Positions 1-7,290 of a stretch of 40,812 nucleotides of DNA are shown here, piece by piece. The notes beneath the pieces were generated by a model. It saw only the letters and a program-made list of their open reading frames with translations, did not search any database and was not told the DNA's origin. Each line of letters begins with the position of its first letter. Positions within the stretch are counted from its first letter, which is position 1. This DNA comes from an uncultured Candidatus Saccharibacteria bacterium (GTDB lineage: Bacteria > Patescibacteriota > Minisyncoccia > Phycocordibacterales > EsbW-18): assembly GCA_964564385.1 (NCBI GenBank), contig CAZMAP010000002.1, positions 1 through 40,812 of the forward strand, written 5' to 3'. Both the position numbers and the translations under genes were made by a program.

Positions 1-37
1 CCAGAGAAGGTCAGGGGTTCGAATCCCTTAGCGCCCA
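1..37 (+). tRNA. 3' fragment of a tRNA (window starts inside the gene; isotype not determinable)
   Basis: T-arm AGGGG(13-17)/TTCGAAT/CCCTT(25-29), acceptor 3' strand AGCGCCC (30-36), discriminator A37. No CCA is encoded. Confidence 0.7.
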
Positions 38-232
38 CACAAACAAAGGAGCGAAATGCGTAGCATTACGCGACTATTGTTTATGGGGTGCTGAGGGATT
101 CGAAAGCGAACGCGGGCACCCCGCCAACAGGCGGGGTCGCGTGAGTAGGGTCGAGAGGAGCTCGGAGCGACGGCGACCTGCCTGCCGGCAGGCAGGCGAG
201 CGAGCTCTTGACCGAAGCCCTTAGCGCCCACA
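25..232 (+). repeat. 15-nt perfect direct repeat CCCTTAGCGCCCACA (25-39 and 218-232) duplicating the tRNA 3' end and flanking a 178-nt GC-rich insert
   Basis: Both copies were read directly. The nucleotides flanking the two copies differ. Confidence 0.85.
177..196. repeat. Perfect 20-nt palindrome CCTGCCTGCC/GGCAGGCAGG nested inside a larger GAGCTC...GAGCTC hairpin (about 158-208)
   Basis: The sequence equals its own reverse complement. Related palindromes occur at 7175-7194 and 18990-19004. Confidence 0.8.
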
Positions 233-238
233 ACGGTT

Positions 239-967
239 ATGAATATCCCCATCCTCTTCGAGAACGACGACCTCGTTGTCATCAACAAGCCCGCAGGGGT
301 GATGGTTCATGGCGACGGAAAGAGCAAAGAGCCGACAATTGCGGACTGGTTTGCGGAGACATATCCCGCAAGCAAAGATGTGGGTGAGCCAGCAGAGCAG
401 GCCGACGGAACACTGCTCCCGCGTCCTGGTATTGTGCATCGTCTCGATGCGGATACGTCAGGTGTGCTTGTTCTTGCCAAGACCCAAGAAGCTTACACAT
501 ATCTCAAAGAGCAATTCCAAGAGCGCAAGATGAAAAAGGTCTACGTCGCATTTGTATATGGAAGTGTGCGCGATGATCGTGGCATCATCAATCGCCCCAT
601 CGGAAAGAGCCGTCGCGATCCTCGGTTGCGTACTGCCATGCGCGGTGCGCGAGGCCTCATGCGTGATGCCATCACACACTATCGCGTGATAGCACGAGGC
701 AAAGGTGTCACCGAGCTCGAGCTTCGTCCCAAGACTGGTCGCACACACCAAATCCGCGTGCACATGCAATCGATGAATCACCAAGTGGTGTGTGATCCAC
801 TGTATGCACCGACCAAGAGTCCGATGCTCGGTTTCGAACGTCTCGCGCTGCATGCAAAATCGCTCTCGTTCACTGCTCCAACAGGGGAGGAGCTTTCTAT
901 AGAGGCGCCACTGCCGGAAGATTTTGTTCGTGCTGAGGGGCGTATCGCCGGAAAGATTCTAGAATAG
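239..967 (+). CDS. RluA-family pseudouridine synthase
   Basis: Catalytic motif HRLDADTSGVLVLAK, plus KPAGVMVH and TGRTHQIRVH. 242 aa with no S4 domain. Confidence 0.9.
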   Translation: MNIPILFENDDLVVINKPAGVMVHGDGKSKEPTIADWFAETYPASKDVGEPAEQADGTLLPRPGIVHRLDADTSGVLVLAKTQEAYTYLKEQFQERKMKKVYVAFVYGSVRDDRGIINRPIGKSRRDPRLRTAMRGARGLMRDAITHYRVIARGKGVTELELRPKTGRTHQIRVHMQSMNHQVVCDPLYAPTKSPMLGFERLALHAKSLSFTAPTGEELSIEAPLPEDFVRAEGRIAGKILE

Positions 968-983
968 CCTGTCTGCATGACTA

Positions 984-1012
984 TTGACAGTTAAATGTTG
1001 CTAATGTACAGT
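984..1012 (+). promoter_or_regulatory. sigma70-like promoter TTGACA-17-TACAGT
   Basis: TTGACA at 984-989, a 17-nt spacer, and TACAGT at 1007-1012. It lies upstream of the GC-rich ORF. Confidence 0.5.
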
Positions 1013-1138
1013 ACTGTTGTACGTTCTTTCACAAGGAATTGCAAAATTGACCGTGGTTTTGAGACGACAAGACGTCGCCTTGCACGCTTGAAACCGCGGT
1101 CAATGAAGATGCGCGGTAACCAAAAGGAGGCACAGACC

Positions 1139-1792
1139 ATGTCTATCGACATGCTCGGTGGCCTGATCCAGAAGTTGCGTGGGGAGTGTATCCCCACACT
1201 CACGAGCCTCGTGGAGAAGCTCGCAGGCCGTCGCTGGCGGCGGACCCTTCGTGAGCTCAAGAAGTTCGTCCGTGAGGAGCCCTGCTGGGTTTCTCTGGTC
1301 GACGCCACCAAGCTCACCTTCGTCGCGAGCGCGACCACGACCATCGCCGCGATTCGCACCCTCTCGGTCGCGGCCTTCGCCACCACGGCCGAGGACACGG
1401 CGTCGCCCTTCGGGCTCCGCGACCTCTTGGTTGCCCTCAAGTCATGGGCGACCAAGAGATTTCGCGTCCAGGGCTACGACCTCCGCGAAGGGATGACCTT
1501 CGCGGAGATGATCGAAGCAGTGGGTGGTGAAGGGGAGATTCGCTCGAAGCACCTCTTCACTCGCGATCAGATTCGCGTGATCGTCGATCGGCAGGCGAAG
1601 GGAGAGGTGGGACCGTTGTACGTCAACGGCTGTACCAACTTCTTCTTCACGCTCGCTGAGGATGGCACATCGCTTGCGGTCGTGCGCGTCGGCTGGCTTG
1701 CCCACTACGGCTTCTGGGGCGTGTGGTCGGACTCGGCTTCGTACGGCAGCCACTGGCCCGCTGGTAATCGGCTGTTCCTCAGCGCTGCCTAG
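1139..1792 (+). CDS. Orphan protein, GC-rich cassette, paralogue family P (copy 1)
   Basis: The ATG at 1139 is preceded by AAAGGAGG, so the longer 995 start is unlikely. The C-terminal half aligns by eye with 24908..25489 (AEM..G..QI..TFF..VVR..W.AG.R) and more weakly with 13364..14008. Confidence 0.65.
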   Translation: MSIDMLGGLIQKLRGECIPTLTSLVEKLAGRRWRRTLRELKKFVREEPCWVSLVDATKLTFVASATTTIAAIRTLSVAAFATTAEDTASPFGLRDLLVALKSWATKRFRVQGYDLREGMTFAEMIEAVGGEGEIRSKHLFTRDQIRVIVDRQAKGEVGPLYVNGCTNFFFTLAEDGTSLAVVRVGWLAHYGFWGVWSDSASYGSHWPAGNRLFLSAA

Positions 1793-1833
1793 TGCTCAGG
1801 CATGTGCATCCCTTTCACTCTGCTCTTTGAACT

Positions 1834-1873
1834 CTGCCCCGAATCGCGGAAGCGAGGAGGGGCAGTTTCTTTT
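1834..1873 (+). terminator. Intrinsic terminator
   Basis: CTGCCCC...GGGGCAG stem followed by TTTCTTTT. Confidence 0.7.
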
Positions 1874-1955
1874 GAAAAGCTTTACCAAAAAATCCCAAAA
1901 CAGCCTGAACCTTGCCACTAAACGCAAGAAATGCTAGAGTGAGCTCTCCAAATAT

Positions 1956-2396
1956 ATGACACAAGCATCATTTAAAACCTCATCGGTCGACATGGACGCG
2001 CGCAAGGCGCTCTCATTCCGCACCGGCGACACCGTTCGTGTGTGGGTCAAGGTTGAAGAAAAGGGCAAGACCCGCCTCCAAGCTTTCGAAGGAACCGTTC
2101 TTGCTCGCAAGGGTGGTACTCAGGCGGGTGCTACGTTCACCGTCCGCCGCACAACTGGAGGTTTTGGTGTCGAAAAGATCTTCCCACTCTACGCTCCAAT
2201 GATTGACCGTGTCGAGGTTCTCCGCACTGTCACAATTCGTCGCAGCAAGCTCTACCATGTTCGCGACAAGGCAGCTCACGAAATCCGTCGCCAGATGCGC
2301 AAGATGCGCATTGTCGAGCAGGTTCCTGCAAGCAAGAAAGAAACTCCCGCAGCAGTAGAGGAAGCCCCAGAGACAGAAGAAACAAAGTCCGAATAA
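1956..2396 (+). CDS. rplS: 50S ribosomal protein L19 with a C-terminal acidic extension
   Basis: FRTGDTVRVWVKVEEKGKTRLQAFEGTVLARKG...FTVRR...VEKIFPLYAPMIDRVEV is a typical L19 core. A TTGCCA-17-TAGAGT promoter lies upstream, and a terminator at 2402-2427. Confidence 0.93.
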   Translation: MTQASFKTSSVDMDARKALSFRTGDTVRVWVKVEEKGKTRLQAFEGTVLARKGGTQAGATFTVRRTTGGFGVEKIFPLYAPMIDRVEVLRTVTIRRSKLYHVRDKAAHEIRRQMRKMRIVEQVPASKKETPAAVEEAPETEETKSE

Positions 2397-2457
2397 AGAG
2401 ACCCCGCCAGTGGCGGGGTTTTCTTTTGTCTCTTTCTGATGTATCGTGTCTTCCGAT

Positions 2458-2539
2458 GCCCAGGTGGCGGAATTGGTATACGCGTATGCTTGAGGTGCAT
2501 ATGCCGCAAGGCTTGGAGGTTCGAGTCCTCTCCTGGGCA
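2458..2539 (+). tRNA. tRNA-Leu (anticodon GAG), type II with long variable arm, no encoded CCA
   Basis: Acceptor GCCCAGG/CCTGGGC. Anticodon stem TATGC/GCATA with loop TTGAGGT. T-arm GGAGG-TTCGAGT-CCTCT. Confidence 0.88.
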
Positions 2540-2552
2540 CAAAAACAAAGGA

Positions 2553-2585
2553 GCCCCGCAGTATGCGGGGCGACTTTTGTTTCGC
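2553..2585 (+). terminator. tRNA trailer terminator
   Basis: GCCCCGC-agtat-GCGGGGC plus a T-run, embedded in ACAAAGGAGC...GCGACTTTTGTTT. The same frame follows the first tRNA at 38-85. Confidence 0.7.
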
Positions 2586-2616
2586 GCCTTCTTTGTATTC
2601 TTGTATCCTTACACGT

Positions 2617-3000
2617 ATGGATTCTCATTGGTCGGAAAAAATTACTGGAGCGGTTGGCTCTACAACGTCAATCATTGTGCACACGCTCTTTTTTGTGGCG
2701 GCGTTTGCGCTGGTGCTCTTTGGTGTTCCGTTCGATCGAGTTCTTCTTGGTCTTACCACAATTGTCTCGCTCGAAGCCATCTATCTCTCATTGTTTATAC
2801 AGATGACAGTGAACCGCCACACACAGAGCCTCGAGGAGGTTGGGGAGGATATTGATGAGATTCAAGAAGACATCGACGAGATTCAGGAAGATGTTGATGA
2901 GATTCAAGAAGATGTTGGTGAGATTAATGAAGAAGTCGAAGAGATTGCTGAGGATCTCGAAGAGATTGTCGAAGAGCTCGACCAGGACGAAGAATCCTAA
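2617..3000 (+). CDS. Small membrane protein, DUF1003-like, with acidic heptad-repeat tail
   Basis: Two TM segments and SLEAIYLSLFIQMTVNRH resemble DUF1003. The C-terminus is (EDIDEIQ)n. The start is taken at the ATG at 2617, after the tRNA terminator. Confidence 0.55.
   Translation: MDSHWSEKITGAVGSTTSIIVHTLFFVAAFALVLFGVPFDRVLLGLTTIVSLEAIYLSLFIQMTVNRHTQSLEEVGEDIDEIQEDIDEIQEDVDEIQEDVGEINEEVEEIAEDLEEIVEELDQDEES
2845..2970 (+). repeat. About six tandem 21-nt (7-codon) repeats encoding EDIDEIQ-type heptads
   Basis: The units gaggatattgatgagattcaa, gaagacatcgacgagattcag and gaagatgttgatgagattcaa (and following) were read directly. Confidence 0.8.
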
Positions 3001-3001
3001 T

Positions 3002-4081
3002 ATGTCACTCAAACGACTTACACGGTTTATTCATCGTTACGAAAAACAACTTTCGGTTGCTGCCATGGTCGGCGGTTTCATTCTTGATTCGCTCACACTT
3101 CGGCGCGTTGATCTTTTGGCCGACAATCTTGTCATCATTGTGTATCTTCTCGTTGCGGGTATTTCGATTGCCGCACTTGATCTTCGACATACGCGCATGC
3201 TTACCCATCGGTGGTTCGCATGGATGGTCACCGTTGCGCCGATTGCCATGCAATTCGTCTTCGGTGGTCTCTTTAGTTCATTTGTTGTCTTCTATCTCCG
3301 GAGTGCGTCACTTTCGGCGAGTTGGCCATTCATCGGTTTTCTTGTTGTTATGCTCGTGGGCAACGAAGCTTTTCGTCCCTATTACGAACGGCTTGTTTTT
3401 CACGTGACGGTGCTTTTTCTTGCGGTGCTCTCATACTCGATATTTCTCGTTCCAATCCTCGTTGGTGCTCTTGGAACCCACGTATTTCTCTTGAGTGTTG
3501 TTGTGAGCATTGCGTTCATCACTGCCTTTCTCGCATTTCTTTCGATATTCGCTCCCGAACGCATTCGTGAAGAGCGCGCAACAATTGTTCGCTCGATTGC
3601 GTTCACCATTATTCTTGTTGTGCTCGCATATGCGGCAAATGTCATTCCTCCTATTCCGCTCTCACTCAAAGATTCCGCGGTTGCCTATGGTGTTGTGCGC
3701 GAGGGAGACACCTATCAACTCTCTGTTGAACAGCCGTCGTTTGCCGAGCGTCTCGGTCTCGTTCAGAGCTACAATCGCGCTCCCGCCCAAGGTGTTTCGG
3801 TATGGACGTCGGTCTTTGCTCCTACTGCGCTCTCGATCCCCATCATCCATGTGTGGCAACATCGCGAAGGGGAGACGTGGGTCACTATGAGTCGTATCTC
3901 GTTCCCCATCTCAGGTGGGCGCGACGGGGGTTATCGTGGCTATTCAACCAAGACCAACATACTGCCGGGCGCATGGCGGGTATCTGTGGAGACACCAAAC
4001 GGGCAGGTGATTGGTCGGGTGCGGTTTGATATCACCGACAAGGCGGGGGATGTGGCTGCTGTTTCAACGGAAACCCGCTAG
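3002..4081 (+). CDS. Multi-pass membrane protein with C-terminal DUF2914-like domain
   Basis: The ATG at 3002 follows the upstream stop directly. There are about 7 TM helices, then IHVWQHREGETW...GGRDGGYRGYS...PGAWRVSVETPNGQVIGRVRFDI. Confidence 0.55.
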   Translation: MSLKRLTRFIHRYEKQLSVAAMVGGFILDSLTLRRVDLLADNLVIIVYLLVAGISIAALDLRHTRMLTHRWFAWMVTVAPIAMQFVFGGLFSSFVVFYLRSASLSASWPFIGFLVVMLVGNEAFRPYYERLVFHVTVLFLAVLSYSIFLVPILVGALGTHVFLLSVVVSIAFITAFLAFLSIFAPERIREERATIVRSIAFTIILVVLAYAANVIPPIPLSLKDSAVAYGVVREGDTYQLSVEQPSFAERLGLVQSYNRAPAQGVSVWTSVFAPTALSIPIIHVWQHREGETWVTMSRISFPISGGRDGGYRGYSTKTNILPGAWRVSVETPNGQVIGRVRFDITDKAGDVAAVSTETR

Positions 4082-4127
4082 GTGGTTTTGCACACGTGCA
4101 ACTTTTTTCGGGAGGTATATACTATAG

Positions 4128-4314
4128 GTAGGTCATGTTCTCTGGGTGGTGAACGGAAAACGGAACCAGTAGACAGCGCGGAGCAATCTTGGGGCTTCAG
4201 TTCAGTCACATCGACTGCAGTCGATACCCCCACGCCACGCGCTCACTACTCACTTCCATTTTCCCTTCACCATTCTCCTCATCGCCCCACGCAAAAGCGC
4301 GGGGCTCTTCTTTT
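4128..4314 (+). ncRNA. Candidate structured small RNA (long imperfect hairpin plus terminator), class unknown
   Basis: A TATA-rich box lies at 4116-4126. GGGTGGTGAA(4144-4153)+GGAAAA(4155-4160) pair with TTTTCC(4259-4264)+TTCACCATTC(4266-4275). Inner helices are GGAA/TTCC, AGTAG/CTACT and GCGCG/CGCGC, with an apical palindrome ATCGACTGCAGTCGAT. A terminator lies at 4284-4314. Confidence 0.35.
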
Positions 4315-4355
4315 CCTCGCATTTTTTGTGGTTTTTGTGTAGAGTGTCAGCGCAT

Positions 4356-4431
4356 GGTGCCTATGGTGTAACGGTTAACACTGGAGCTTGTGGAGCTCTC
4401 AATTCGGGTTCGATTCCCGATAGGCACCCCA
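4356..4431 (+). tRNA. tRNA-His (anticodon GTG) with G-1 and encoded CCA
   Basis: G-1 pairs with C73. Acceptor GTGCCTA/TAGGCAC. Anticodon loop TTGTGGA. T-arm TCGGG-TTCGATT-CCCGA. CCA is at 4429-4431. Confidence 0.88.
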
Positions 4432-4497
4432 CTGAGAGATACGTTCTGGCGCCCGAGAAAGGTCAAAACCATTTCGTAGACATGTTAGAATAAACTT

Positions 4498-5373
4498 ATG
4501 TCTCCAGAAAACCCTCCAAATATTGATACCCCAGAAACCAAGTTACAAAAAGCCGAAAGAGAAACCTTTGAAGAGTTGCCGTTACAGCTAGGTCCGCATG
4601 GGGGCCTCCTTTTTAAGGATCCTACAAAGGGATTTGATCCAGAATACGAATATCTAAGTACTGAGCGGCTTTTTACAGATGCACCAAAATTTTGGGAAGA
4701 ACAACAAGCACTAGTAGAGAATAATGGGGCCTATAAGGCGTATCCATACAAGGTGCCGTTTACTGCGATTAAGAAATTACCAGAAGAACAACGAGGTAAG
4801 GAGATACTGGCACAACTAACCCTAGCGCGCAGCATACACAGTAGCTACATTGACTTGTCCAAAAACGAAAAGCGAGACCCCGGTGCAGTAATAGAGCTTG
4901 ATATACCAGAAGGATCAGCGCGAACGTGGTTCAAGTATTTATTTTTTGAGGACTGTTTTGCTCATCCGGGAACAGGCACGTTTTCCCAATTAAAAGATGT
5001 CTTATTTGAATTATCACAAGAGGAACAACAATCGGCACTTGAGTGGGCAGTTAGATATTCCTTAATACATGGAACTCACGCACGTACCCCTGGATTTTTC
5101 GCTAAAATTGATGCCCGAGACATTGTCGGTGTTTTTCTCGATGAAAGGTTCAAGGTCTTACAGAGTTTACTCAACCAGGACTATCTAGAATACCTATGGG
5201 CACGAGACCTCGATGACAATTTTAACTTGGATACACAAGAATATAGAACACTTACGGAATCTTTGGGAATGGATCCAGAAAAGATTCTTGCAAAAGCGCG
5301 AAAATGGAGTAATTCCCAGCGCCTAGTCAATAATATTCTTACATATTACCCGGAACTAAAAGACTCCGAGTAA
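4498..5373 (+). CDS. Orphan soluble protein in an AT-richer segment after tRNA-His
   Basis: Clean 291-aa ORF with no competing frames and no motif I recognise. It uses AT-rich codons (aaa, gaa, tta), unlike its neighbours. Confidence 0.6.
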   Translation: MSPENPPNIDTPETKLQKAERETFEELPLQLGPHGGLLFKDPTKGFDPEYEYLSTERLFTDAPKFWEEQQALVENNGAYKAYPYKVPFTAIKKLPEEQRGKEILAQLTLARSIHSSYIDLSKNEKRDPGAVIELDIPEGSARTWFKYLFFEDCFAHPGTGTFSQLKDVLFELSQEEQQSALEWAVRYSLIHGTHARTPGFFAKIDARDIVGVFLDERFKVLQSLLNQDYLEYLWARDLDDNFNLDTQEYRTLTESLGMDPEKILAKARKWSNSQRLVNNILTYYPELKDSE

Positions 5374-5505
5374 GAAACATAGAAGAAATTCACTTTATTT
5401 TTTGTCCGAGAAGCATCGTTCGGATAATGTAGAATGGTCTAAACAGGCAAGCTGGGTATGACAACCAATAGTTTCAGCCCGAGATAGCACCCCAAAAACC
5501 CACAC

Positions 5506-5985
5506 ATGCATAACCCAGAAGGCCCAGCGTCAGCAGACTTCATCGATTGGGAAGCGATCAGAAAGACTGAGGAGTATCGAAAGCACATGGTTGCCTTTCT
5601 CAAGGCGCGACTTGAGGAGATTGCTCATTCGCCCGACTATATCGCGCGACTTCATCGTGCTTTGGAGACGCCACAAAAACCTCTCGAGGATTTTGATAGT
5701 CTCGAAGATTTCATGGATGCTTCTCAAGAAAATGAATTTCGCACCGAGGAAGAACAAGACATAGATGCCGAGATTTTTGCTCTTACGACTATCGGAGAGA
5801 TTGAGGCATACGTTGATGAAAACAAGATAGATTTTGATGTGCAGGAGGAAATCCGAAAATTGGAAGCGACGTATCTCGAGGACCAGCGTCAGCTCGCAGC
5901 GCTTAAAGAAAAGCACCACAGCATGCTGAGCAAGGCGCTCGAATTGATGACTGGCGAGAAAGGCAAAGACCCCGACGTACAGTAG
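5506..5985 (+). CDS. Orphan acidic helical protein
   Basis: 159-aa ORF with a TTGTCC-17-TAATGT promoter-like site at about 5433-5461. No motif recognised. Confidence 0.5.
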   Translation: MHNPEGPASADFIDWEAIRKTEEYRKHMVAFLKARLEEIAHSPDYIARLHRALETPQKPLEDFDSLEDFMDASQENEFRTEEEQDIDAEIFALTTIGEIEAYVDENKIDFDVQEEIRKLEATYLEDQRQLAALKEKHHSMLSKALELMTGEKGKDPDVQ

Positions 5986-6003
5986 GAGAGGCGGGTGTAA
6001 GCC

Positions 6004-7227
6004 TTACTCCAACTCATCCCACACATCGGCATCTTCCTGTCCGTCTATCTTAAAGAGCGCTATGCCGAGCAGGTTGTATTCTTCGGCCAAGTCGATCTTG
6101 TCTTTCATGGCGCCCGCATCACTCCAGGTCACATAGTTGAACACTGCGGCATTGCCGGTTGCGCTTGCATAGGCGAGACTGCGCGCCGCGACGACGAGGC
6201 TCTCGGGAGTGTCTTTGGGGATTGAGAAGTTTGTAATGAACTGCGGTGCATGCTTGATGAGGTCAGAGTACGAGAACGCGAGCTCGCCAGCCCCCGAGCG
6301 GCTCGGCTCGATGTTGTGCTTCTTCATCTTTTTTTCAATCGAGGGGATGTTGAATGCGCCTGCTCGACGATATTCGGCATAGCGGTCAGGAGTTACCAAT
6401 ACCTCGTATTCGTGTCCATATGTGGCGACGCCGAGCACAATCTTGTCTGCGGGGATGGTCTCGAGAGTGAGATTGAGTACGGCGCGTACCCATGCGACGT
6501 CGGAGACGGGGATGTAGGGCGCGCCCTTGTTGGCGTCGTTGAGTGTGATGTCTGCACGCTGTTGGTCGTATGCCATGATGTTCACTCGGTCGCAGTATTT
6601 TGCAATCGCGTCATAGTCATTGGCGTAGGCGAGATCGTCGGGAACGGTGCGGTACAGGTCTTCGGGTGGTGTGCGCGCCTCGATGGTGCACGAGAGGATC
6701 TTGTCTCCGAGCCCTTTCTTCAATTCTTTGAGAAAGAGGGAATAGGAATCTTTGGTTGCTGAGAGTTTTCCTTCGTAGTCAATGTCGATGCCATCGAACT
6801 TTTCTTTTTTGACGACGGAGAGAATCTTTTTGATGTGGTTTGTGCGTAGCGTTTTATCGCTGAGAATGGTGTGAACGAGCGAACCGTTGCTCGTGGTGAT
6901 TGTGGGCACCACCAAGACGTCGTCTTTGCGCGCAGCCGAGAGAAGATTCTTCCAGGCTCCCTTTTTGATGCCCATCAGATCCTTGATGTTGCCGTCGCTT
7001 TGGAGCGCGTAGCCGAAGGGATGGATCATGGACAGGTCGCCGAGATGTTTTTGTGCCGCTTTTGGTGCCCCCGATGTCCAATAGGGAACCCAGCCCGAAA
7101 TCTCAAGGTCTTGTGCTGCAGCGAGTGATGGAAAAGTGCCTACGATGAACGCCACGGCGACGAACATCATCGCCGCCTGTCTGCGCAGGCAGGCATATTT
7201 TTTTGGATGTGTGATGATGATTTTCAT
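6004..7227 (-). CDS. Secreted glycoside hydrolase family 18 (chitinase/peptidoglycan-hydrolase-like) protein
   Basis: GH18 catalytic motif FDGIDIDYEG. N-terminal basic region plus a hydrophobic signal ending in AAAQ. Alternative starts are at 7251 and 7170. Confidence 0.8.
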   Translation of the reverse strand: MKIIITHPKKYACLRRQAAMMFVAVAFIVGTFPSLAAAQDLEISGWVPYWTSGAPKAAQKHLGDLSMIHPFGYALQSDGNIKDLMGIKKGAWKNLLSAARKDDVLVVPTITTSNGSLVHTILSDKTLRTNHIKKILSVVKKEKFDGIDIDYEGKLSATKDSYSLFLKELKKGLGDKILSCTIEARTPPEDLYRTVPDDLAYANDYDAIAKYCDRVNIMAYDQQRADITLNDANKGAPYIPVSDVAWVRAVLNLTLETIPADKIVLGVATYGHEYEVLVTPDRYAEYRRAGAFNIPSIEKKMKKHNIEPSRSGAGELAFSYSDLIKHAPQFITNFSIPKDTPESLVVAARSLAYASATGNAAVFNYVTWSDAGAMKDKIDLAEEYNLLGIALFKIDGQEDADVWDELE

Positions 7228-7290
7228 ATACAATGAGTATACGCTCATCATCGAGAAGCGTTACTCGACATAATCAAAAATCATTTCTTT

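Noticed and set aside
2840-3001. N-terminal extension of ORF 2840..4081 overlapping the DUF1003-like gene
   Set aside because: The extension is an alternative reading of the 21-nt acidic repeat, which yields a K/R-rich mirror frame. The ATG at 3002, immediately after the upstream stop, gives a sensible membrane-protein N-terminus.
4082-4342. 86-aa ORF in the tRNA-His upstream spacer
   Set aside because: It has a non-ATG start, no SD and an S/P/T/H-rich translation. The region instead shows extensive long-range base pairing plus a terminator, so it was treated as a candidate RNA.
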